Shown here: positions 1-11,350 of the stretch, piece by piece
Layout of the letters: the number at the start of each line of letters is the position of its first letter
Numbering within the stretch: position 1 is the first letter of the stretch
DNA from: Antechinus flavipes
Lineage: Eukaryota
DNA: 64,000 nucleotides
Assembly: GCF_016432865.1 (NCBI RefSeq)
Contig: NC_067398.1
Location: 78,802,001 to 78,866,000 of the forward strand
Direction: 5' to 3'
Translations under genes and position numbers: made by a program
Notes under the pieces: generated by a model
Seen by the model: only the letters and a program-made list of their open reading frames with translations
Told to the model about the DNA's origin: nothing
Databases searched by the model: none

Positions 1-81
1 ACACTTCATAGCCCTGGGGGAGGGGGATAAACGTCCTCAGCTGCCGCATCTGGCCCGCGGGCCGTAGTTTGAGGACCCCTG
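1..81 (-). mobile_element. Terminal fragment of a non-autonomous hAT DNA transposon, OC1/OposCharlie1-like; the rest lies outside the window
   Basis: Reverse complement of 1-81 begins CAGGGGTCCTCAAACTACGGCCCGCGGGCCAGATGCGGCAGCTG, a hAT/Charlie-type terminus that I recall as the OC1 TIR. The second TIR and TSD cannot be checked. Confidence 0.7.
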
Positions 82-199
82 GAAAAGTGATGGAGAAACT
101 CTTAATAATGCAGATTCATGTTAAAATATATTATATAATTTTTCTTCCTGGGAGTCACCTGTTAAATATTTAGCAGCCCCTGCTGAGTGTAAAGGCCCC

Positions 200-1000
200 G
201 GAAGCCCTATCCCTGGAACGGGCATCGGCTCACTGCAGGGACCACAAGAAGGAAGCCTTGACCAGAGGCCTTCTCGGGGCGAGACCCATCTCCTCTCCGG
301 CCTTAGTGTCCCCATCTCTACAATGGAGGCGTTGCATTCCTTTAAGTCAAGTCGCCTGTTCAAATGAGCTTGGAGCAAAGCGGCACAGCTGGGAGGAGGC
401 AGGCCCACGGCTCATGGAGTTCCCCCGCCGGCCCACGGTGGGGCGCAGTGAAGGAGCAGCGAAGGGGAAAGGAAGGCCCCGCCCTACAGGGAGAAGAGGG
501 CGTGACCCGGATGGCGCGCGGCCTGACTGTGGCAGATTCCCGAGCCCAGCCCGGGACCTAAGGAGACTGGCAAGCCATGGCCCCTGGAGCGCCTGCTCCG
601 GTAAGAATGACCCGGTCTGGCTGCAAAGACCCGGGGCGAGGGAAGCGGAGCTCTCGGGGAAGGTCCGCGGCCTGCGGGAGGGACAGCTCGGAATCTCCGG
701 ACGGGCCCAGATACTCGCTTCCAGAAGCCTTCGAGGACCCTCCCCCTGGAGAGGGAGCGGGAAACTGAGCCCTAGAAAGACCAAGTTTGACCCCAGGGCT
801 CTATCCTACTTAAGGCTCAGGTTAGGGAGCGGCCAACGGGGAGGTAGGGGGAGCGGGTAGCCCCCAGGACTCTCCCAGGATTTCCAGGCCGCTCCTTGCA
901 ACGAGCCTGGCCCGCATTTCTGCCGCTCCCTGGCCATCCGGGCGTGGCGGGAGTTTTGCGGGCATCGTCTCCCCGCCGCGGCCGAAGCTCCTCCTCCGTA
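200..1000 (+). promoter_or_regulatory. CpG-island promoter and exon 1 region of gene 1
   Basis: GC/CpG-rich block in AT-rich surroundings; GC box (CCCCGCCC ~477); strong Kozak caagccATGg at 577; donor GTAAGA at 601. Homologous to the other three promoters. Confidence 0.8.
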
Positions 1001-4000
1001 GCTGATGAAAGCGTCTCAAATGCGTGTGGTTCGGAACCCACTGATAGCCTCCACCTCGTGGGATGGTAGGGTTACAAATTGTGTCGAGAAAGGCTCGTTT
1101 ACATGGGTAAAATAAAACATAAAACAGGCTGAGTGTTTCTCGTGCTTGTTTCCAGGTGCCCGTGACTTTTGAGGATGTGATTATGTATTTCACGGAACAG
1201 GAGTGGAGGACCTTGGAGGAGTGGCAGAAGGAGCTCTATAAACATGTGGTGAAGGCCAACTACGCGACCTTGGTCTCATTGGGTAAGATGCGATTCTAGG
1301 GAATTGGCGGGGTGTAAGAATCACCCACACGGCCATCCACCACCTCATTCCTATTGAAAACCTTCTTTTACAAAGAAAACTATTTTGCTTAAAATAAAAC
1401 CCAAAAAAATTATTGTTTGCAGTCCTGTTTCCTAACTCTCTGCAAAGAGGAAAGTAATTCTCTCCTCTCAGACCAATACTGGCTGTGTTTTGGTAGTGGC
1501 TTCATTTGTGTGATTGTAATCTATATAATCATGTGTATTGTCCTAATTGTGTAATATACTACCTATATTACTTGTACTTCATTCTTCTTCAAGTTTTCCA
1601 CTTTCTCTGAATTCATCATATTTTTCTTTACTTCATTCCATTATTTCCATTTTCATTTTTCATTCCATTCATTCTTCATATGTGACTGTTTATGCGCCTA
1701 TCATCCAATTGATAGGCACCTAATTTTTACAGTTTTTCACTGAAACAAAAAGTGCTGCTATAAATATTTTGGTATATTTGGAATACAGAGTTTTGTTTGT
1801 TTGTTTGTTTTATTGCTTTGGTATAATAATGAGTAGATTTTGATAGTCTGATTCAAAAGATGTTTTTGTGAGCTTTTTTTTTTTTTTAAAGCCTCAGGTG
1901 CTTAAATCCACAACTGATGAGTTCTCAGAAACTCAGTCCTGATTGATGCTCCCTACAAGTTTACCTTTTAAAGTAGTACTTAGATTTTAATGAATGGATA
2001 GAAAACAATCTTATTCAAGTCAGTTAATTTACAAAGCACCTACTATGTTCTAGGCACCAGTAGGGTGAAAAATAAAACAGTAACATGATAGCCAATTATT
2101 TAGTTGATGATTATTTATCAATAGAGATAATTATTTAGTTGAGGTGAATCACCTAAAAACTGAGGGATTTATTCAATATATGTGCTTAGACTTTGATATT
2201 AGAATAGCCTGACACACTGCTACCACAAGTCTATTAAATATTTTATATACTTTTGCCATCACTGGTTTTGCATAACAGTGAAAAAAATCTTTTCTGAGCA
2301 CACACAACAAGAATTCCAGACTCTTCCTACTTACCTACATGCCATGAACCTTACTAATCCATCAATTAGATTTTTTTTTCCTATGTCTACTCTGAAAGTT
2401 GGCATCAAACTCAAATAGGCACAGGAGCCACCAAACTGTAAATAAAGATCCTAGCACTCTACATACTGACTTAGTTTTTAAATGTAATGTTGTCTTATAT
2501 TTATTGCATTTTTTTAATTTAATATTTTCCTATTGTATTTTTATCTGGTTGGACCATATTTAAAAGTATCACAGGCCATGTATTTGATACCTTTGGTATA
2601 GAACATTGATCTCCAAAGTGGAAACATTAGCTTAATCTATTGAGATAAAGAAGAAAGTATTAGAACATCTGTTTCTATTTACTTTTTTATTTAAAAAGTA
2701 AAAAGCAGTGTGGCAGAGTGGAGTGAGGAAATCAGGTCAGCAACATACCATAGACCCAACACTGGGCCAAGCTCAAAGCAGACAGTAGTTCCTGCTCTGA
2801 TGGAACAACATACCAACACCCATATACAAACAAGTTAAAATACAGGACAAGTTGGAGATGAACTCTGAGGAAAGTTAAAGGACTAAGATTAAGGAAAACT
2901 GGAAAAGGCTTCTTGCACAAAATAGGATTTTAGCAGATACTTGAGAGAAACCAGAGAATCTATGAGATGGAGATGAGGGAAAAGTTCTAGGCCTGAGAGA
3001 CAGCCAGTGAAAATGACCAAAGTAAGGAGAAAGGGTGTTAATACATGAAAAAGAGCAAAGAGATCAGATTGTGCCCTAGGCCAGTGGTGTCAAAGTCATA
3101 TAGAAGTAGGGATTGCAGCCAGGGTCTTGTATTTGACTGTTGAGCAGTAGGCAGTTCTCCAAACCTCTTAAGTTGCAGAGAAGGTACCAACTTGCAGTGG
3201 TAGAGGGAGTTTCTTCATTTATGAGTTCACAGTATCACTGAAAACAAAGGTCCAGTCTCTTGGTCCTTATCTTTAAAAAAGAAATTAAGCTTTACCAACA
3301 TTTAATATATCACTTGGTGCTGGTACCCTCACTCAGTCCGTGTGGCATACAGTAATTGAAAGAAGAGAAGGATTTCCACATCATAGAAGTGGTGCCTTCG
3401 CTGATTACTTCACTTTTAGCATATTGCAACAGGTGACAGATACATCTCATTGTCTAGTTGTAATTAAACCAACTCTCACATAACAAAGAGCTTACAAAGA
3501 TATCTACAAATTAAAGGTACTATTAATATGAATACAAGTGAACAAGAAAATGGGAAAGCTGACAATTTTCATATTTTTACTGTAAGGTTTTCATCAGTCG
3601 TATTTTGAGATTAGAAACTGACAATCTAATGAGATCTGATAAGTGAGCCATAAAAATTCAAAATAGGTTTTGTATTGTTAATAAGTATCTTAATACAGTT
3701 TACCTTAGCTCATCCTTTAATTTTTTTTGCATTTTATAACAGGTAAATTATATGTATATAATTCATAAATAAATATACATACATTCAAAGTATATACTTA
3801 ATTTTTTATTAATAGGAGTGCACAATCAAACAAGTTTGGAGACTGCTGTTGTAAAAGAGAAGACCCAGAATAGAGCTATAGGATAGATGCCCACATAAGT
3901 GACAAGAATAATGATCCAGCAGAGAAGACTGAGAAGGAGTAACCATACACATAGACTAAGGAGAGAGCAGTGTCAAGAAAATCTAAAGGAGAGAAGAAGG

Positions 4001-7000
4001 AAGAGATAATTTGTGCATTTAATTAAGTTTTTTTTTTTAACTTTATTCCTTTTTTTGGTGACCTCTTTGTAGGCTGTGCCATTCCCAAACCAGACTTGAT
4101 CACCTGGATTGAACAGGGGGAAGAACCGTTCATCAGAGGTCAGGGAAACTTAGGGACAAGAGACCTGGCAATTGACTGTGGAGTTGATGATTGTCTTGAG
4201 TTGAAGCACACCAAAATGCAGCTGCTTTGTGGTGAGTGAGAAAAGATGAGATCAGTGAAACCAAAAAAAAGTATGTTCCTAGCTGGGAAACTTAAATCTT
4301 CCCTTAATGCTGAACTGAGCTGGAGTTTGGTATCTGGACAGGATGGGCTTCAAAAGACACTAATTGCCCAGAGCTCAAGATCCAAAGCAAACTTTACTGT
4401 TATATGGGGACTTAACTCTATTTGAACATACAGAGAAGAGTTCTCTATTTTTCCTGCATGATAAGAATCTCTAAGTTCTGGATTTTTAAAAAAATAGGAG
4501 ACAGGAAGTTCCATGCGCAGCATCTTGAGGGGAGATGTTACTATTTCATTTTTGGCTGTTGGTTTCCAATGAGTAATAAGCCAATATTAAGGTTTAAAAT
4601 TTTTGAATTGTCCCAGAATGAGGAAAAGGAAGGTTTTAGAGATTCCTTGTTATCTCTGGATCAGGAAAGAGAAGATTACAATGAGATTCCTGCTATCTCC
4701 TTTACTTAAATAAAAGACACCTGAAATAAAATAGGCTAAAAGTTCCAAAATATGGTCAAGATTATATCTCTCAGAGCAAACAAGATTGAGATCTTAATCA
4801 TTTATTCTATTAGGGTACTCTTACCACTTCCAGTCTCTAAAGTTTTATAGAGATTTGAAGGAGAGGAGCATCCAATATTGATATACCTGAGCTCAGGAAC
4901 TTAGTCACTTCTGAATGTGAAAAGTCAGGAATAATATATCTACATGCCTCCTCTTCCCTCACTTTCCATTTTTATCTTCCTATGAGTTTTAGAGAGGCAG
5001 CAATCACAACTGTAACCAGCTATATGGTACAATAGATAGAGCACTGGGCCAGAGTTGGGAAGCTTTATGTTCAAATTCTGCCTCAGATACTCATTAACTC
5101 TGTGACTCTGGACAAGTTATTATATCTCAATAATGGAGATAATAATAGTATCCACTTCCCCAGGGTTGTTGTGAAGATCAGATGAGATATTTGTAAAACC
5201 CTTAGCATAGTGCCTAGTAGATAGTAGGAGCTATAAAACTGTTAGCTATTATCACTGTCACTAATAAGTTGGATGTTCGGCTTTCTCTAATTTTGTTTAC
5301 TTAGAAAATGAGGATGAAAACATTTACATCACATGCAAAACACGATATATTCATTACTTCATGGGTTGTAAAGGTCAAATAAGGTCCTGTGTTTAAAGTG
5401 TTTTCTAACTATAAGATGTCATTTACATGGTAGTTATTACAGATCAGTTGAAAGAAAACTGAATGAAACCTTTAAAATGATAGCATAGCATTCCATTATT
5501 TATTATTTTTTTAATCATAAACATTGGCCAAGTCTGTTTGCCCATCAGAGTTTGTAGAAAAATCAATCACATTTTCTGAGGAATTTTTCAGTGCTCCTTT
5601 CATAAGTTTCCTCTTCCACCTCCTAGAGATCTAATATTCCTCCATATTGCATCTTCCTGAAAAGTTTTCTTGAATATAATGGTGAAATTCAGGGAGTAAT
5701 GAGGATCCTGAGTCTCTCTCAAAGACCTTTGTGAAATTATTCCACAGATTGGAGAAAGATGTTTTCAGTTCTCCTAAAGCATTTCTCTTCCACACCTGAT
5801 CTTCTCCATTCAGGGGGGAAATATATAGTACTTATTACCTGTCATCCTAAGGTTTGCATCTAATCTAATTTCAATCCAGTCTCAGCAATCTAGTTATATT
5901 TCATTGCATTAATTAAGAATTAATTAAGAAATGTTGGGGAAGAGTGATCAATTGCCTTTCTGGCAGTGAAACACAAGACAGGGACTAGATTTTCACTGCA
6001 GGACAGGCCAGAGAGTCCCTAACTGGGAGAAAGACCTAGGGTGATAGATTCAGTTCAACAGACATTAATCCCTGGTTTACATTTCTGTAGTGCCCTTTAG
6101 GATTGTGTGTGCATTGTGCCACTGGGTGCCCACAATAGAGCAGAGGTTGTCATCTCCATAGTCACACATTGGTAAATGTAAGAGCTAGCTCGGGCCCAAA
6201 GCCAGATCATCAGATTCCAGATCCATTGTTCCTTCCCACTGCTGACAATGCAGTCTCTGGCTCCAGACTGAGCAGACTACAAAGGTAAATGCTGATAGTT
6301 AGAATTATCATTGCATAAAGAAATGAGGACTGGCCTGAGTGCCAGGAAGATTTGAGTTCAAATGCTGCCACGAACACTTAGAAGCTCCATGATCATGAGC
6401 AAGCAACTTAACCACTCTGAACTTCATTGTCCCCAGTCATAAAATTTCTCAGGATTGTCACAGAGATCAAACAAGATAAAGAAAGTGAAACACACTGCAG
6501 AACTTAGAATACTGTGATTGTGGTTATAGTTGTGGTTGTGGTCACCACTTGATCAGGTCATGAGCACTGACTATATCTGTTTTTCATTCCAGGGGATTCT
6601 GGATCAAGTTCAGGACGAGAGGAAAGTCCTCAAAACCAGAACAGGTCTGAGCCCTTACCATTCCACTGCAGTGAATGCAGCAAGGCCTTCCCTCACAAGG
6701 CTCAATTAACCAAACACTTTAGGATCCACAGACGAGAGAAACACTTCTGGTGCACTGAGTGTGATAAGAACTTTGCTGGAAAATATGAATTACTGCGGCA
6801 CCGGCTTCTGCACACAGGGGAGAGGCCCTTCCAGTGCCCCAAGTGTGACAGGAGCTTTCGCCAGAAGGGCCATCTGCTCAGGCATCAGCGCTTGCATACT
6901 GGGGAGAGGCCCTTCCGGTGCCCCGAGTGTGATGAGTGCTTCCGGCTAAAAGCTGACATGAAGGCCCACCAGCGCCGACACAGGGGAGAGAAGCCATTCT

Positions 7001-7293
7001 CCTGCAGCGAGTGCGGTAAGAGCTTCACCAAACATTGTTATCTCACCGAGCACATCAGACTGCACACGGGGGAGAGGCCCTTCCAGTGCCCCGAGTGTGG
7101 CAAGAATTTTCGTATGAAAGCAGACATGAGAGTCCACCAGCGCAGACACAGCAAGGCCAGGTCATTCCGGTGCAGCGAGTGCGATAAGGCCTTCCCCAAG
7201 CAGTCCAAGCTCACAGCCCATGTTAAAGTGCACACTAAGAAACAGCACTACAGGGCCCTGCTATTCGGACTGATGGACCTGGACTGGGGCTGA
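577..7293 (+). CDS. KRAB-C2H2 zinc-finger protein, ZNF786-like paralog (gene 1), 336 aa, 7 fingers
   Basis: Exons 577-600 (MAPGAPAP), 1156-1282 ([22 protein letters not shown]...SLG), 4073-4231 ([23 protein letters not shown]...), 6593-7293 (7 C2H2, ends [10 protein letters not shown]). All introns GT-AG, phases 0/1/1, total 1011 nt, open frame. Confidence 0.92.
2395..2595. mobile_element. Probable degenerate non-autonomous hAT-like DNA element (MITE-sized)
   Basis: Imperfect inverted ends (ggcatcaaactca ... tatttgatacc) and resemblance to a recalled marsupial hAT element; family not assignable. Confidence 0.3.
2700..3070 (-). mobile_element. L2 LINE 3' fragment
   Basis: Recognisable L2 3' sequence (cctgctctgatggaac..., purine-rich + strand). 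Confidence 0.5.
5018..5258 (+). mobile_element. MIR-family (CORE) SINE
   Basis: tRNA-like head (gttcaaattctgcctcag), CORE (tgtgactctggacaagtt...aatggagataataata) and MIR tail (gctattat). Confidence 0.7.
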
Positions 7294-9489
7294 GGCAGAA
7301 TCATGACACACAAGTGATTATCAAATACAGACTCAAAGTCCATGTTAGAGTTAGAAGGGACCTAAGATGTTACCTAGTACAATCCTCCTACAACATGAGA
7401 ATCACACCCCAAGAACTTCAAGCTGTCAGAATTCTATGTGGAACAAGCAGTTGTTTGGTATTCTGATCATATAGCATCCTTCAAGGGATCTGAATAACAA
7501 TTGGCCAATAATGTGAGTGACCAAACTGGATAATGTTGTCCTTGTTCAATAAGATAAAACATGGAAGAATACCAAAATGAATCACTTCTCTGTTGGTAAA
7601 TATTTTTACTCTTTGGAAAAATCTAGAAAGTTAGGCCCTGAAAGACTGAGAAATAATCCTAACTAAATTTAAGGAATAGTCAGTATGATGAGGATGGAAA
7701 TCTTTCCCCTACCTATCTTAAATATGAATGGGTGAAGCTCAAATGAACATCCTGAATGAAGATCCTATAAAATGTGGTCCCAATTTCATGCTATTACAGT
7801 GAGGAACTTGGTGGGATTGTTTCCTTATAGTTTGTTGCTGACAATAATAAGTGGAGCCTCTCAACCTGAGACCCCATCAGTAGTTGTGGAGATTCATCTG
7901 ACTGCAGTGAACCTGTGTAGTCTTCCTACCTCTTGCAGAGCTCTCTACTAGGGAGGATGTGATGGAATAGAAGACATAGTCTCTGATGGCTCAGTCTAAT
8001 GAACAAGTTCCCAAATGTAGTGACTCTGGAAATACTCAGAAAGAAACATGTCCACAAATATAGACAAGTATATCTCACTAGTTACCATGGACATAAAATA
8101 CCAGCTAACATTGTCAGAATTTACCTGGGAAGGTAGGTGAAAGGCATCTGAAACAGGGGAAATAGCCTGCAGAAATCCATCAGGATCAGCTTTAGCTGAA
8201 AAAAAAATGACTGGGAGTAGTATTCAATTTTTTGTGATGAAGGGGGTCATTGAAACTAGGGCTCAGGAGGTTACATTTGAGACAGAGCCATTGTGGTATA
8301 TATTAGATAAAGTACTGAAGCCTAAGGGTTTAAATATGCCCTCAGACTTTTATTAGTTCTGGCATCATGAATGTTATTTAATTCAGAACATCAGTTTCCT
8401 CTTATATAAAATATGGATAATGGCTATAAACATACTTCATAGTTTTTATGAACTCTAACTGATGCCTATAAAGCACTTTATAAACCTTAAAGCACTATAT
8501 GATTGGCAATGGCCAGCTAATTACTTTTGCAAACTTAGATAAATTATCCACTGTGCATTTTTGACCCAGTGACTCTTAGGGCATCATCCCAACTAGTATT
8601 TTCAAACTCTCAACAAATGTTAATCTTTTAAATTCTAGAATAAGAAGTAATGTTTCCTGGGAATTTATTGGGATTCATGAAATCATGAGTTACTCTATAT
8701 TTTTCATAACATTTTATTTATATATATTTAAATAACAATGAGTGACCATAATAAATAGTCAATCATTTTTCTGTGATAAGTATTTTACTAAAAGTTTCAG
8801 TATTTTACTAAAAGTTGTATTTTGTTTAAAGCATAGTATAATAAACTGTAGTAATAACTGTACATTTATATAATAAATGGTTTGTTACTACTATAAACTG
8901 ATATGATTTAAAACCTATCTGGCAATTGACTGATTTCCTTTATCTTTCTTAAAATACTTATACTTTTTATTCACTATCATGAATATCTCTAAAAATTTTA
9001 TTTTAGTAGTATTAGTAGCCCTTCATAACTTAGCCCCACTCCTACCTTTTCAGCTTTTTCCTTGACACATATCGTTAGATCCAATGAATCTCCACTCCTT
9101 GCTATTCTACTAACAAGATTTTCTCAACTTCAGACATTTTGCTGGGTATCTCTCCCCATATCTAGAATATTTTCCCTCTCCATCTCTGCTCACTGACTTC
9201 TTTTAAATCCCCAAAACAGTCCTTTGCCCTCAGAAAACTCAGTCTGAGGAGAAAACAAACAAACATGTACAGATAACCTAATTGTTGGATTAAAAATGAA
9301 ATAGTTCAGAGAAGCAAGGGGCTAGGAAAGGCATGAGGGAAAATGTTTCAGTCTTCAGGACTGTCCAAAGGAGCTCAGAAGAGAAAACAATTAGATCGTT
9401 TCAGAACTGAGTCAGGACTCAAAGTAACATTGCTTTTATGTTAACCTGAAGAAGCAAAAAGTCATTGGAAATACAACTCCCTGCAAGTG

Positions 9490-9745
9490 TGTAAAAGAGC
9501 AGTTATTTTTCCACTTGGCTGCAGGGGACAGACTGACAAACAAGTGGAAGTTGCAAAAAGAGAAATAAAGGCTTTAAATGAGGAAAAAACTTCCTAGAAA
9601 TTAACTACAAATGGAATGGACTTCTATGAGAAATGGTAGTTCCCTCTCAAGGAGAGCTCTGACCAAAGGCTGGATAACCAAGGCACATTATGCTGGGGAC
9701 TTTATTTTAGATAAAAACTAAATGGCACTTGGGAGTAATTTCTAA
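9490..9745 (+). mobile_element. L3/CR1 LINE 3' fragment
   Basis: gaagttgcaaaaagag...gaggaaaaaacttccta...tggaatgg...ggctggataacc matches the CR1/L3 3' end. Confidence 0.6.
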
Positions 9746-9789
9746 CTCTGATTCTTGATCCTATTGTGGAGGACTGAGCATTGTTTTGT

Positions 9790-10210
9790 TTTGTTTTGTT
9801 TTGACTTTATATTGGAGGCAACGGGAATAGGAAAAATATTGAGAAGATCCACATGGTCAGTCTATGTTTAAGGAATAGTAGCCATTTGAAGGATGGAAGA
9901 GAGTGGAAGGAAGCTTTTGTAATCATCTAAGAAAGGCTGACAATATCCTATCAGGGAAAAGTTATGGAAAACAAAAGTGGGGCAGGTGTGAGTGTTGTGG
10001 AGCTCTCAATGAGCAAAACTTAGCCACTGACTGGATAAAAGTATGAGATAAAAGGAAGAATCCAGGACCCCAAGACTGGGAGCTTGAATAACAGAAAAGA
10101 CGGTGCCTTTTAACAGAAATAGGACGGTTTGGGGGAGGAATCAACTCGGGGGAAATTAATGTCCGTGTAACATCCATTCGAAGCTAATGAATGACAACAG
10201 AATCTCAGTT
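9790..10210 (-). mobile_element. L2 LINE fragment
   Basis: Purine-rich + strand with L2 motifs (gccactgactggat..., gaatccaggacccc); accounts for spurious ORF 9962-10177. Confidence 0.55.
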
Positions 10211-10729
10211 TGGGAAGACTGGTAGCCAGGTAGGCAATCCAACCTTTACCATAAATTAATCCCACTACAAATTCCTGACATGGGTACGCAGTTCTTGCCT
10301 GAAGACCTACTCCTTAGTAAGGTAGCTCAGTCTACTTGAGAACATTCCTAATTATGAGGAAGCTTTTCCCTACCAAGCCTCATTATTCCTATGCCTGCCA
10401 AGCAGAAAAGGTGCAGTTTCCTCACGACAGCCTTTCCAATAAACAGCAGCCCGTCTCCTCCAGGTTGACCCAGAGCCATCAATGACAGTTTTGAAGCTTC
10501 CTAGTTGCCCTTATTCTAGTTCCTCTTCCTTTAACCGAGTTGTGTGGCAATAACACAAAGCCCTCAGCCGTCCTACCCCTTCCAGCAAGTATCTCGTTTG
10601 CCTTTTTTTTTAATGTGTTTACCAGAACTGAAAACCAGGCACTTATTATTTTCAATCGAATTAAATGGTGAGCTCAATGACCAATAGTGGGTCGGGACAG
10701 TCAGGAAAGGAGCCGAGATTTCTTTTTGA

Positions 10730-11350
10730 GTTCTAGATAGGGAGAAGACCGCGAGAGGCTGGGAGAAAACCGGAAAGATCGACGGTACCGTACGGCTGGA
10801 AGAGAGCGTGCCTCGAGGCCGGCGCAGCTCAGGGTCCCCAGCGGGACTGGGAGACCAGACCTCGGACTGCGCCCGGAGGAGGGAGGGAAAGAGATTTGCG
10901 CGGAGAGAAACCGGGGCGGAAGGGGCGGAGCCGAGAGAAGCCCGGGAAGGAGGGGTGGTGAGGGGCCTGGGTAGGGGCGGGCCGAAAGAAGCTCGATAGG
11001 AGGGACGGGGCCAGAGGCTCTGTGAGGGCGGAGCTTAGGAGAAGTGGCAGCTCCACCCTCCGGCCGGGGCGCGTCCCCTGATGCATCTCGTGGTCCAGCG
11101 CGCTGTGCCCTGACACTAAGCTCGGTGCTCCCAGGCCGAGGAGAGGAGGGCATGGCCCCAGAAGCTCCTGTTCCGGTAAGAGCGGCTACAGAGGCCCGGG
11201 CCAAGGGAGGCGGAGCCCTTGAGGAGCTCCCGGCCTGCGGGAGGGACAGCTCCCGGCCTTAGGGTCCGGCACTCGAGGATTCCGGATCCTGAGCTGGGAG
11301 GGATCAGAAAGAAGCTATCGAGACCTCACCCTTTGTTTTACAGGGCGGGA
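10730..11350 (+). promoter_or_regulatory. CpG-island promoter and exon 1 region of gene 2
   Basis: CpG-rich; multiple GGGGCGG boxes at ~10900-11035; gagggcATGg at 11152; donor GTAAGA at 11176; intron start homologous to genes 1 and 3 (gcctgcgggagggacagctc). Confidence 0.8.

Noticed and set aside
121-1193. Several overlapping ORFs of 60-200 aa over the gene 1 CpG island, and likewise at 10701-11683, 35745-36834 and 49702-50610
   Set aside because: GC-rich, stop-poor promoter sequence yields Pro/Arg/Gly-rich ORFs in all frames; only the 24-nt exon 1 has homology and splice support.
6593-7293. 84-bp periodic repeats that could be mistaken for a CRISPR or minisatellite array
   Set aside because: They are C2H2 finger units (TGEKP/TGERP linkers) in a eukaryotic exon.
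10264-10283. ACTACAAATTCC resembling a ZNF143 SBS motif upstream of gene 2
   Set aside because: Spacing deviates from consensus and it is not conserved in the paralogous promoters.
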